Notes under the pieces: generated by a model
Databases searched by the model: none
Seen by the model: the letters and a program-made list of their open reading frames with translations, nothing else
What the model was told of the DNA's origin: nothing
Origin: Geosiphon pyriformis uo1
Lineage: Eukaryota; Fungi; Glomeromycota
Direction: 5' to 3'
DNA: 64,000 bases
Assembly (NCBI GenBank): GCA_016748015.1
Contig: JAAOMT010000703.1
Span: 1,276,057-1,340,056 of the forward strand
Translations under genes and position numbers: made by a program
Shown here: piece by piece, positions 40,501 to 54,361 of the stretch
Numbering within the stretch: position 1 is the first letter of the stretch
Layout: every line of letters starts with the position of its first letter

Positions 40501-43249
40501 ATAATAACAAACTTTGGGCTTTTGAATAATTATAAAAAGAATTATAAACTTAATTGGAATAAAGTTTTTTTATTGTTTTTTTGAAGAATGTTTTGTTATA
40601 TAAAGTAAAAAAATATAAATATTTGTATAAATATTAAATTAATACTAATTTTATAACAAAAATAAAAAGAGTAAAGACCAGTAAAAAAAACTTTTTTTTT
40701 GTAACTGGTATTTTTATTGATAATACAATATGAATAAGCAATAGTCAAGTTTTAGTACAGTGTATTTTGAACATTATTAGTAAGTTTTTTAGTGTTAATA
40801 ATATTTCTATTTACAATAACAAAACAGTAGTAATTTTTATTGTTAAACATAATTAATTTTTTTAATATTTAAATCTTTTTTTATTAACTAATAATATGTT
40901 TAAGTCAAGTTTTACTAAAACTTATTTAGATATTAAATTTTTTTGAATATGGTTTTAAAAAAAGCATTAACAGATAAACAATTTTTTTATTTAGTTTTGG
41001 TAATTTTATAGTCTATTATTGTTTTTTGAACACAATTTAGTTTTGTGTTTACAAGTATGTATTAAAAATAAAACATTATGATAAGAAAAAAGCTTAAATT
41101 TAAGGCCAATTTGCTAAAAAACTTTCTTAATAAGACTTTATATTACTTATTTTTATATAAATTGAAGTTTTTTAAGCAAATACAGACTGAAAATAAGATA
41201 GCTTTAATAGTTGTATTATTTAATACTATGAGTATTTTAGGCTATCTGTTTGAATATTGTTTTTTAGAATTATAAATCTTAAATTAAATGTTTATAAATT
41301 TATTGTAGTATCTAATAAGATTAAAAGTTAGTTTATTAACAATTTTTTGACAAGTATTGTTAAAATTTTTTTAAAAAATAAGATTTTTTTAATAAATAAT
41401 CTTTGAATATATTTTAGTCTTTTAAGTACTTTTAATGTCTAAAATTTTAGAAAATTTAGATTATTTAAAGTTGTTTATTTTTTAAAATATTTAAATATTG
41501 CTTTTAAAAACAAATTGTTAAATAAAAACAGTTTAATTATAGATTAAAAAACTTTTTATTATTAGAAAAAATTAAGTTTAAAAGATTTGATGTTGTTATA
41601 GTTTAAAAAAATTTTGGTTTATATATGTAATTTTGTTATTTAATTTGGTAAGATCATTTTTAAATCTAGTTATTCAGATTTTTTTTGCTTAAAAAATATT
41701 TTGAATATTTAAAAATATTTGTACAAAGTATAGAATAAAGTATTTAATATATATATTAATGGACTTAGATATTGCAATAATAATTAATAGAACTATAATG
41801 TATTTTTTAATATTACTATAAATATAAATATTAAGATTCATAAACTGTTATTCTCAACAATAAATAAATTATAAGTTTTGCTTTGGCTTTAGAATATATT
41901 TCTTTTTTTTTGTTTTGTAGTTTTGTATTTAAATAGTCAAGCTATTATTAATATATGTATTTTAAAGCTTAAACTATATATGTTTAATTTTTACAATAAA
42001 TATTAAATAAAAAAATATTTTTGTAACATAAATAAAGATTAAAAACCATTTTAAAAATGCTAACAATGATCAGACAGATATTTTTATATATAATATAGCA
42101 TGTTTTTATTTAGTTTTTCTTATTAGTATTTATAAAAATTTTATTTTGGCTAATAATTTGATTGTGTTTAATAATACTTATTATTTTGTTTATAATATTT
42201 ATAAAATTATTTGTTATGTTTAATAAAAAATAAATTCAAATACAAAAATTATGAATAATTTACTTATTTAGAAAATAGATTAAACTTGTTTTGTTTTGAT
42301 TTAACATTTAAATTTACATATATTTTTTAAATTTATTAATAAAACTTCAACTATTTTCCACATATACTTAATAAAAACAGTTTATAAAAAATTGTTAGTA
42401 ATTATTAGAAAAAAACTTTATAATAAAAAATATTTAAGTATTTTGTACTTAATGTATAACAATATTAAGCTGTTTGATTATGCTTTTACCTGTTAAAAAA
42501 TAATGTTTTATATTATAAAAATCTGTTAAAATATGTTGAATTGTGAAAATTACTAATTGGTATCTGTTTTTTTCTGTCATTTTTAATGCTTTTAATATAA
42601 ATAATTATGTAATCTTGTGTAAAAATTTTGTTTTTAAAAGTTAAATCAACAAAATAGTAGTAGTTTTGGTAATAAAAAAAGACTGTTTCAATAATAATCA
42701 ATTTTATTTGTTATTTTAACTGAGAATTATCACAGTAAATTGTGGTTATTCAAGTTTAAATTTAGAACAGATATAGAAAAAAGTGGTTTAATTAGAAATA
42801 TAAAAGTATTGTCAAATGATTTTTGAAATTTGTTCTATGATTTATTAAATAAAATAATTTAATTATTGAATATTGTTGAATTTTTTGCTATTAGTTTTGG
42901 TTTTCATAAGACTTGTTTATTTTACTTAGAATTAGACAATAATATTAAAATTTATATAAATGTGTAATATTGTTTTAATTGGCTTAAATAATTAATTATA
43001 TATAATAAGTACATAAGCCATATTTAGTTAAGATTACTTAGTTTGTTTCTGTATACTAAATAGTAATTAATTAATAAATAAAAAACTAAAAAATTTAATA
43101 TAATATATTTGTATTAAAAATATCTATTAATATTTAAATAGAATATGTAAATTTAATATGCTTTCTAAAAAATCTGTATTTTAAAACAGTAAAATAAATA
43201 ACTTTAATAAAAAATTATATATTAAAGTAATTAATTTTATTAAAATAAA

Positions 43250-46200
43250 AATAAAATTTTTTTTTAATGTTTTAAATAATATAAGTTTTTTTGTTAAAAA
43301 TTTAATAAAATAATTTAAATTCTGTATTAAGAAAAATAAAAAAATTTTAATATTTTTTTTAAAAAAAAACTGATTTTAAATATTAATTAATAATAATAAT
43401 AACAAAAACTTTTAAGAAAAATTAATATTTATTAATAAAATTTTTATTAAATTAATGATTTTGCAAAAGCTTTTATTTTTTTAAAATTCTAAAAAATAAT
43501 TTAATATATATTTATATTTAAATTAAGCTTACACAAAACCAAAACAATAGTTATAAAACATAATATTATCTTAAATATTAATTAAACATAAATTTAAATT
43601 AAAAAATTTTTATTAAATTTTTTAAAAAGAAGTTTTTTATAATATTTTAAGAAAAACACTTTCTTGTAATTGAATTGATAACTGTTTTAAGCAATAATAT
43701 GTTTAAAAAAAATAACCAAAAAAACTTTTCATAATTTTATTAGTAATATTTTCATTAAAAAAAATTTTTATTAATAATATAAAAAGTTTTTTTAATTTTA
43801 AAACAAATATTTATAAAATAAAAATAATTAAAAAGTTATTTTCAAGTGTAAATTTTAAATAATTAATAAACAATTATATAAATTAAACAATAATAATCAA
43901 AAAAATTTTGATAAAATATTTATAAAAACTATATATATCATACTAACTAAATTTGAAATAATTAAGTTAATTAAAATATAATAAATAGAATCATAACAAA
44001 AAACATTAATGAAATTAAATAATTAAATTAAGTTAATTAGCTAATATTTAAGTAATCTATTTTAATTAAAAAAAATACAGTTATATAATTAAAGTTAATA
44101 TTAATAAATTATTATAAAATATTAAAAATACTAATAAAAATTTGTTTTATATTTTATTAATAAAAAATTATATATAATTTATAAAATTTTTTTGAAATTA
44201 ATTGGTAAAAAAATATGTGTAATTATTTATTATTTGGTTATATATATGTATACAAAATATGTAACTGTTTGTTTTAAGTTTAAAAATAATATAATAATAG
44301 TTTTAACTATAATTTTGGTATTTAAAAACTTTAGTTTAAAATAAAATAAATTAAGATTGTCTTTTTGTTTATTATAAAAAATTGATTATATTTTATTAAT
44401 ATATAATTTTAATATTATATCAATTTTTAAAATTAAGACCAAAAAGTTTTTTTTAGATTTAAATAAATGTAAATTTGCTGTTATTTATGCCAAAAAAACA
44501 GTTTTAATTATTTAATTTATGTTTTTTAATAGTGTACTTTAAACATAAATAGTTAATAATAATTGTTTTAATTTTTTTTTAATTTGTTTTTTAGTAATTT
44601 ATTTATTTTATTGGCTGTTTTCTATATAGAAACTTGTGTAAATACTCTTAAATATTTTTTAAAGCTTTTAATAAATTGAATATTTAAGATTTTATACAAG
44701 TTAAATTTATTGTTATTTGTTTTTTTTGGCAACTTTTTATTAAATCTGAAGTTTTTATAATAATAATTAGTTTAAACATAATTGTAAATAACTTAATTAA
44801 GTCTTTATTTTTTTATTTAATGTTGTTTTATAGTTTTTTATTTTTAGATATTAATAACTTTAAAATTTTTATTGTTAAAATTAATAATCTAAAACTAATA
44901 TATTAGTACTTAAGTGTTTTATAGAATTAATTTTAATAAAATTGAATTATTTATGTAATAATATTAGTTTGTTTTTTTTTCAAATAATCAATTTTATTTG
45001 AAAATTTATAATATATAATACAAAAAATATAAATGTTTTTACTAAATAAAATAACAATTTAATATTAATTATTATGAAAATAAAACTTAAGTATAATATT
45101 AAATTTTGAATAATAAATAAATTTAAAAGAGTTTAAATATTTATATTATATTTAGATACATATTTTATGAGCTTAAATATTACTATTATTATAAACAATA
45201 ATATTATTAAAATTTTGGTTAATTTAAATGGTTTAAATATTTAGTTTTTTATTTTATACAAACAATTAACAAAATTATTGGAAATACAAATTTAAATATT
45301 TTAATAATATTAAATAATATTAATTTAAAAATAGTTTATTGTTTTAAGTTATAACTATAATACATATTTTTATAAAATCTAAGTTAATTGTGATTTAAAT
45401 ACTATATAAATTTGTTTTAAAAATACTTTGTACTCTGTTATTAAACAAATATTTTTTAAATTTTGGTTTAATAAATTTTAATATGTAAAAATTATTCATT
45501 TTTATAATTTTTTGGTTTAAAATATCTAGTTTTTAAAATTATGTGTATTTTTGGATTATGTTTTGGTTTTAATTTTAAGTATTTTATATATAAATAATTA
45601 ATTTTAAATTTTTTAAGACTTCAAAAATATAAGTTTTAATTTATAATAATTTTAGGTTCAATATTATTTTGTTTGTTTTTTTAAAGCCAAAAAAAGCTAT
45701 TGTGTTTTAAAATATTACAAATTTTGCAAATTAGAATTGATTTAAATAAATACAACTATTAAAAAATATATAAAAGATTGTATTACTAACAAAAATTACA
45801 TAATTTAATATGTATTAAATCATTTTTTTGTAAGTTTGTTTTAAATTATTTAGTTATAAACAATAAGTTAATTCTAAATTTTAACAATATTAAATCAAAA
45901 ATCAATTTTATAATAAAAAATTAGATTAAAAAACAATTTTATTTGGTAAAGATTTTGTTTCTTAATAAAACCAATATATATTTTTAAATTATGTAAATAA
46001 TAATACTTTTATTAATATTATAAACATAATTAATTAAAATTAGCTACTAGTTATAATTAAGATTTTTTGGAATAGCAAAGTAATTAGTTTATTTAGTATT
46101 TTAAATAAATTTTGAAAATATTATAATATGTATATTATTAGTTTTTTTGAATTTTTTTAACTCTTTTTTGGTGCTAAAATCTATTTTTACTTAATAAAAA

Positions 46201-49200
46201 AATTTTTGGATGCTAATAATTTTTAAATTATATAAATAAAAAAGTATACTAACTAAGATTAGTTTAATTGCTTTATTTAAACAACAAAAAAAATCTTATT
46301 AAACTATATTTTTACTGTTTGCAACAGATTTAATGTTTTTTATAAAGATAATTTTTTAGTATTAAAAAATACTTCTATTTTTTTTTATTTTTATAGTAGA
46401 TTTAGTTATAAAAAATATTTTAAAAAAGAATTACAAACTGTAATTGGTATTATAAAACATGTACAAAACTTATAATTTAGTTGGTCGATTTTATTTAAAA
46501 AACAGCTTAGTAAAAATTAAGATATACAGTCAAATCTCCATAAAAAAACCCTCGATAAAAGAACAATCTTTTATAAAGAACATTTTTTTATAGAACCAAT
46601 TAATTAATTAACAATTTTCTTTTTATATAAAAACAATCTATAAAAGAACAAAAACATAATTTTATCAAACTTTTATTCAAAATTTACTTTCATATAAGAA
46701 CAAATATCACATAGTATATGTTAATTGGTAATTGAAAAAAAAGTTAGAATGTATTAAATTGATTTTATTCTAACTTTCTTTTAAATCAATTTAAATTAGA
46801 CTTATTCTTTTTGATCTTGTCTGTTTTTACATACAGCCACTTAATTCCTATTGTATTCTAATTCAGGCTTGTTAAACCAAATTTATTATTATTATTATTA
46901 TAGGCACATTTTCTAACAAACTTGCTAAATTATCACAATGTTGAAACTTTTATTCAAAAAACAAAAATTAGCAACAGTTAATAATACTCTTCATAAAGAA
47001 ATTTGTCAATATTTTAAACATTATTATGGCACAAAATATAATAATATTGTAGCTTACTTTAATCATAAATATTCAGAACTTTATATTTCTTGTCCAACTG
47101 TTTCCAAGATAATTAAAGAGCATGTAAAGTAGTTGAATATTGAAATTGATAAAAGTTTTATTTGACACAAAAGTGTTAAATTTCTATTATTAAACCAAGC
47201 TTTAAGTTATTGAGTAGAAAACAAGTAACTACCATCACTATTAAATTCAATGATTAATTAATTAAAGAAAAAAAAAAGAATTTGCTAAACTTCTTAGTAT
47301 GTACGAAAATGAAATACAATTCTCAAATAAATGAGTTCAAAAATTCAAAAAACAAAACCAATTATGTGTTTACCAATTTCATGGTAAGGCAAAAAGTGTA
47401 TCAACTAAAAGTTTACAAGAACAAAGAAAATTAAAAACCATTATATCTGAATTTGATCTTGCTAACATATATAATGCTAATAAAACAGAATTATTTTTTC
47501 ATATGGGACCAAATCAAACATTTGCAAAATGTTGAAATACAGAAAAAAAATTGATATATTATACTTACTAATTGTTATTATTATATATTATTGTTATATT
47601 AAATTAATTGGGTTTTTTATAGGATAAATCTTGGATTACAATTTTTTTTGCTACAAATTTAACTAAATCTTATAAATTGCAATCTTTAGTAATTGGACAT
47701 GCAAAAAATTCAAGATGCTTTAAAAAAATTAGTACTTCCAACCTATTTGTAATTTACAAATTTAATTCCAAAGCATAGATGCACTCAGATATATAGAAAA
47801 CATGGCTCAAATATATAAATAAAAGCTTTTAAATTCAAAATCAGCATATATTACTTTTGGTTGATAATGCAATTTCTTATTATACTCAAATTAGAAAAGA
47901 TTTATTCCAATTAACCAAAATTACTTTGCACTATTTTCTTTCAAATACTACATCACATCTTCAACCAATAGATACTGGCATTATCAAATCTTTCAAAGGC
48001 AAATATAAGTACTTATATTGTTAACATATTTTATATCAATTTGAACAAAAAATTAATATTAAACATTTAAATAATATAATATATAAAGTATTATTATCAT
48101 TATATATTATATAATTTTATCTAATATTAATTTATTTTTTAAAAATAAATTAAACATAAAACAAGCAATTGATTATGTTTTTCAATCATGGTTTCAAGTA
48201 ATATCTATTACAATTCAAAACTGTTGGCAAAAAATGGATATTCATTTCTATAATAAAGAATTAGAAATTCAAGAATCCGAAACATCAATTGCTATGAATA
48301 TATTCAACAATTTACCATCAAATGCACAACAATTGGTCAAAAATCTCGAAGATTATACTATAGCAGTTGATGAATTATTGGTAACTGAAAATATTTTTGA
48401 TGATAATAAAATTATATATATAGTTTTAGCCAATGCTTAAATTGAAACCAATACTATTAAAGACTCAGAAAAAGAATTAAAAAAATTTCCACCTGTTATA
48501 ATTACAATTACAAAAACATATAAAGCATTAAAAAAGATAATTAAATTTAAAAAACAATTAACAAAAGAAAATTTTAGTATAGAAAACCAAAATTTACTTT
48601 GAAAAAAATTATATGAATACGAAAAAATGAAGAAAAATTCTAAAAAACAAGTAGTAATTAATCAATATTTTAATAATAATAATAATAATAATTGATTGAT
48701 TTAATAAATAAATATAGTTTATTTAATAATAATTATAAAACTTTATAATAAAACAGCTCTAAAATAAAACATAATTTGTATATCTCAACTGTGTTTTTTT
48801 ATAGAAGTTTAACTGCATAATAAATTTATGTTATATATGACTATAAATATTATATTTAATAATACTATTTAAATCAATAATAGTCAAATGGTTATGTGAA
48901 AATTTTTGAACATAATTAATAAATTTTTAAAATTAATAATATTATAATTAACAATTAAAAAGCTATAGTTATTTCTATTAATTAATAGATTAATAAAGTT
49001 TGTTTGTTTATTAATAATTTATAAATTTTAATTAACAAAAGATTTTTTTAAGTTTAATCTAAATAAAACTTACTCTAATATTAAGTTTTTCATTAATTTG
49101 GTTTTAAAAAATACAATTTTAAACAAGCAATTTTTGTATTTAATATTTAATATTTTATAATTTATTATTAATTAAAAATCTCAATTTAATTTTGTTTTAA

Positions 49201-49730
49201 AAAGTATATATTTTAAATAAAATATTATATTTAAAAAAAGTAAAATGTAAGACCAATCTACTATGTAATTTTTTTTGTAAGATTATTTATTATTTTTTTT
49301 GTATAATTTAAAATTATTTAATTAAGTACAGATTAAAAATAAAATAATATTGCTACTGGTTTTTTTGAATATTCTTAATATAATTAGTTGTTGTTTTTTA
49401 TTAATTCCTAAGCTTATAAGTAATAAGTTAAACTTCAAACAATTTTTTACAATTTTTTTTAAGTTAAATATTAGCTTAGTTAATAATTTTTAACAAGTTT
49501 AATTAGAATTCTTTTGAATTATAATGTTATTTTATGAAAAATTTGTCTATAATATTTTAATTAGTAAATAAAATCTTAATATTTAATATTTTAATGTTAT
49601 TTTATTATAATATAATCAATTTTTAAAAAATTTGATGTTGTATTTAGTAATTAGCTTATAATAAAATATAATAAAATTTTTAAAATACATTTTATTATTG
49701 TAAAAAGTTAAATTTTAAAGATTTAATGTT
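43250..49730 (+). mobile_element. LINE copy B, extremely eroded, 3'-truncated, interrupted by a pogo-like element
   Basis: Relics alignable by eye to the young copy: attggtaaaaaaatatgtgtaatt (VGGKTCII) ~44200, ORF2 start ~44985, RT blocks 46260-46526 continuing after 48817. Ends approximate. Confidence 0.75.
46527..48815 (+). mobile_element. pogo/Tigger-like DNA transposon (CENP-B HTH + DDE_1 transposase pseudogene from 46938, intron ~47550-47622)
   Basis: 23-bp TIRs cagtcaaatctccataaaaaaac and (reverse complement) cagttaaacttctataaaaaaac. TA on the left, CA on the right. Motif relics FSNK*VQKFK, IYNANKTELF, LLLVDNA, FLSNTTSHLQPIDTGIIKSFK. Subterminal (t)ataaaagaaca repeats at 46555-46705. 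Confidence 0.9.
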
Positions 49731-49795
49731 TTATTAATTTAGTATTATTGTTAATTTATCAAAAATAATAATTTATAAGCTATTATTACGAGCAA

Positions 49796-49927
49796 AAATT
49801 TGAGTTATTAATTAACATAAAATTATTACTATAATTTTTATTATTAATTAACATATATTATTGTTTTAATTTATTACTTATTATTATATCGAATTATTTG
49901 ATTATTATTCAATTAATAACTCAATTT
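49796..49927. repeat. Short inverted repeat pair (tgagttattaatt ... aattaataactca); possible MITE-like relic
   Basis: 13-bp perfect inverted match at 49801-49813 and 49911-49923, extendable by a few bases. Confidence 0.3.
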
Positions 49928-51284
49928 GTACAGAACACAAATATAATTAAATTCTGATAATTAGATTATGTAATCTACTGAACTATATAGCATTTAAAAT
50001 TCGTTGAAATATTTAGAAATTTGATGAAATACTCAACAGTTTACCGAAATAATTAATAGTTCACAAAAACAACTTGTAGTTTAATAAAATATATCTTTAG
50101 TTTACCAAAATATTAGAAAAAGAAAAAGTGTTAAATTATAGAATAGTATTATAATAAGTTGTATAAAAGAAAAGCTTCTTTTTTTCAAAAAATGTATCTT
50201 AAAAAAAAATTTTATCTTAAATTTAACAATTAGTTCTTACAAATCAATTTAAATAAAATCACTTAAAAACACAAATTCTTAAATTATTACTACTTCAAAA
50301 TTATTTATTTCAAATTAATATTTTAAAATTAATTAACTATTAATTTCAGTAATTGTTAGTACTTTTAAGTTTGGATTCAAAACAATTTTTTTAAAACATA
50401 TTTTTTATTTTATTCCATTTTTTTTTTCTTATTTTTTTATTATTTAAGTAATCTACAATTAAAAATTCTTGTAGAAAAGTTAAATTTTATAGTAGAATAA
50501 CTACATATTAAAAAAAGTAATCTGGTTATTAGCTTTTTGTTAAATATTTTAAAACTTTTAAAAAAAAATAAAAATCACACCAAAATTGTTTTAGATAAGC
50601 TATTTTAAAAAGATTTTTAAAAAAAAACTCTTAATTAAATATAAAAAAAATGTTTTTAAAACAATGAAAAACTAATTAATTATAATTATAAAAATAAAAA
50701 ATTATGTTTGATTTAAAATATTTAATTATTTTATTATATTATTTAATAATTAAATTTTTTTTATATGTAATCTAATTATAATATAACAATTTAAAATTAA
50801 AATCTTTAAAAATTCTTTAAAATTTAAGTTAATAATATAAACAACAAAAATAAATTAAAAATAATTAAAAATTTATTAATTTATGACAAAAAAAATTCAA
50901 AAATCAAACATTATAAATTTATTATTGAAAAAAAATTATGTATATCTGTAGTAGATATAATTAATTCAAACATAATAACACAATTTATTAAATTACTAAG
51001 TATTTATGTATTTTTTATTTATATATTTTCTTTATTTAATTATTTAATTTTATTATTTTATATATTTAAATAACAAATAAAAATTATATTAAATACATGA
51101 TTATTACTTTTTTACTCAATTAAAATTATTATGTATTATGTTTTTTAATAACTAATTAAATAAAATTCAGTCTTAATCAAATTAATTTTACTAAAATAAA
51201 GTGTTTTATTTAAATTTATTCTTAATATAAAAATTAAATAAAAACAATAAAAAATAATTAAATTAAATTATTATAAATTAAGAA

Positions 51285-53668
51285 AAAAAAACTTTTTTCT
51301 TTTCTATATTCTAAATTCTCCAAAAAGCATAATTTCAAATAAAAAATTTTTTTTTGTTTTTAATTTTTTTTGTTATTTCTTTCAAACATTTCTCAAGCAA
51401 ATAATTTCTTTGTAGTAAATCTTATAATTGTTTTAGATAACATTATATTTAAAAAGAAAGTTCTTAAAAAAAATTTTTATAATTCTGTTAAAAGTTTTTT
51501 TTCTAAAAAAAAAATGATTGTTAATAATATTAAGCATTTTAAAGATAAAAAAAATATTTTTTTAGTTAAATTTAGTATTGAAAATAGTATTTATTCAAAT
51601 ATAAAAAGCAAGTTTGGTAATAATAAAGATAATAGTATCTTATTAAATATTGGTAGTAAATTTTTTCTTGGTTTAGTAGCAAATACTTCTAAAGCTAAAA
51701 GAGTAAATACTAGTTTGGTTTGTAGTTTTCTTATTGGTTTAATTAATTATGGCATGAATGAAAATAAAAACCTCTTTTCACTTTTTCTTAATATTTCTCT
51801 TAACAAAAGATAAATTAACCTTAAAACTGTTAAAACTTAGATTAAAATGACAGTAAAAAAATCTTTTATGTTGGACATTAATCTTTCAGCTATAAAAAAA
51901 AAATTGGCAATAGCAAAGACTCAGTTTATTAGGAAAACTTTTTTATTTATCAATGATTTTAGAAAGGCCACTACTTTTTCAAAATTTGAAAAGATTATTT
52001 AATCAATATTTATATTTAAAGAAAATATAAAAAAGATTATATTATTGGCTAAAAATAAAAAGATTATCATAAACAATAATGTTAAAAGACAAAAAGTGTG
52101 CTTAAGTTAGGCTGTAGTAATTAAAAATATTCCTATAGATATCCCAAAAAAAATTATTATTATTATAATATCTAAGTATGATTAAATTGTGTTAATTAAA
52201 TTACAACTTATTAGACTATATAGAAGATTATAGTAGAGTTTGCCAAATCAGAGCAGATTAATTATTTGGCAATTAAATAGTCATTTTTAATTAGAAAAAA
52301 CTCAATACATATAACAAAGACTGTAAAAGATTGTGATATTTGGATGTTAAAGAATTGTTTTAAAGCACTTTTGTTTACTCTATCTGTAGAAATAACTGCT
52401 CATAATTTTGAGAATTTTTTAAAAAAAACTGGTAAAAAAATTTGCATCATTAACTATTCATTTAAAACTGACAATAGAGTTTGTTATATAGTAATTGGCT
52501 TTGAATTAAAAGAAAAATTGAAATTAGCTTTTCATATAAAACCTATTTTGAATAGTGTTAAGCTCTATTAAATTAAGATAGATCTAATTTGTTGTAAAAA
52601 ATAAGTATTTTGGTTACTTATTTCTTGAATGTAATTTTTTTGGCTTATTTGCTCTTATCTTAAAAAAGTTTATAAAAGAAATATATTAGATAAAAATTGC
52701 TTCTAGCTGACTTATTTTTATGCAAAAAAAAATGTTTTTATAGTTTGACTTGTTGCTTTTAATGACAAATCTTGGATGCAAGTAGTATTACTAATGGTCT
52801 TACTTGCTGTATTTTTTAATAGTACTTATTCTGATTCTGATTTTGGTTTATTTTTGGTTAGTGCTTTACATATTGGTAAAGCTCTTTTTATTATTCTAGA
52901 TAATATATCTATTAATGCTTACTTGGCCTTATTGGAACATTTTTTGAAATTTTTGGCTAACCAAGTATCTAGTATTGTGTACAAACTAAGCAATTTAGAA
53001 TTAATACCTCTAATGTTTATTTTTTAACTTTTCATTTCAACTAATTTAGTGCTTTTAAATTCAAGTTTGGATTTGAATATGGTTTTAGATAACTTTCCAG
53101 TATTATTTCATTTCTTATTTTCAGTTATAATAAACAAGTTTTCTGATTTAGATTTGAATAGCTCAAGGATTTTAACTACTAAAATTGGTAACTTGGAATT
53201 AAAGATAGTTGCTCTTAAGATTTTTGTTGGTTCAGTTTTAAGAAGATTAAATTAATTGTGTGTTAATTTAAATTCTTTGACACATTTTTTATGTTAATAA
53301 GTAATTTTGTCTAAAAAGTAGCTACATACAATATTAGAAACATAAACAATATAACTAAGCAGGAAAATATAATTAGATAGCACAATAAATCTGACAATTG
53401 AATTTTTATTATCACTAAGACTAAGCTAAAAAAACAGGCTAGATCTTAGATAAAAAATAGGTTTCAAGGTATAAAAGTTTTTGTTTCTAGTTTGAATACT
53501 GGTTATATGAAAATTGAGATGACAATAATAATGAACAATGTTTTAGCTTAACATATATACAAGGTTTTTAAGATTTTTAATTATCTTATTTCAATTTATT
53601 TGTTGTTTAGCAACAAAATTTCAGTAACAATTTTGGGTTTGTATGCTGGCATCTTAGCTAATATGTAA
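51285..53668 (+). mobile_element. LINE copy C, 5' part (5'UTR, ORF1, start of ORF2 endonuclease), ending at an LTR
   Basis: 5' end aaaaaaacttttttcttttc. ORFs 51370, 52344, 52776 and 53049 are ORF1 relics (KKSFMLDINL, GKKICIIN). ORF2 relic KVATYNIRNIN ~53315, ending VTILGLYAG. Confidence 0.85.
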
Positions 53669-54360
53669 TGTTACAAATAATTATTTAGGATGTTAGAACA
53701 AATAACAAACTCAAAACTTAGTGCTCAATAGCTGTTAATAATAATAGTTTTTGAAAATTTTGGAGTTTAAAGATTTTGGTTAAGTTTTTTGTATAATAAA
53801 CAAAAATTCAATTGATGGTTTTTTCTGTGAATTTTTTTTAATGTAATAACTGGTTTATTTTAACAATCATGCTTTTCTAATAAGCTATTTTTAAGTTTTT
53901 TACTCTTGTTCCCAAGTTTTTTATCAGGCTATCTTTGATATTAATTATTCAGTATTTAATTTTTTTAATCAATTAATAAACAACAAAAAAAATAAAACAA
54001 AAAAAAACAAAAAAAAACAAAATAAAAATAAAAAATAAAAATAAAAAATTAGTATTTTGTCAATAGTCATAATCAAAAGTTATTGATCCAGTGTAATTAA
54101 GTATTGGCTTTTATTAATATGAAGTATTAATATTATGAAATTGATTAATATTTTTTAATTAAATAATAATAACATAGATTGTATAATAATAGATAAGTTT
54201 ATTGATATTAGTATAATTCTATTTAAAGTTATAAAAACTATCTTTTAAAGGAAAAAATATTGTTGTTTTGAATTAATCTAAACTCTGAACTCTGAACTAA
54301 CTTTTTTGTTTCTAATACTTTTGGTTATATATACATAATTTTTGTTATATAAGATTTCAT
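53669..54360 (-). mobile_element. Partial Ty3/gypsy LTR (U3 side missing)
   Basis: Begins tgttacaaataattattt. Collinear with 56680-57320 (aaataacaaac, aagatttt, tttgtataat, A-rich tract, ccagtgt, gttatatatacataatt). Confidence 0.8.
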
Positions 54361-54361
54361 A

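Larger units (their letters stand above)
29771..43086 (+). mobile_element. LINE copy A (old, heavily eroded, full length), split by the young LINE: 29771-~30902 and ~37653-43086
   Basis: Same 5' end (aaaaaaacttctttctctc). ORF1 relic continues across the insertion (KKTS.K|ICII). ORF1/ORF2 junction ~38475, RT relic F-I-D-N-T-I ~40715, ORF2 end gtgtaa ~42966, homologous 3'UTR and A-rich tail. Confidence 0.85.
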
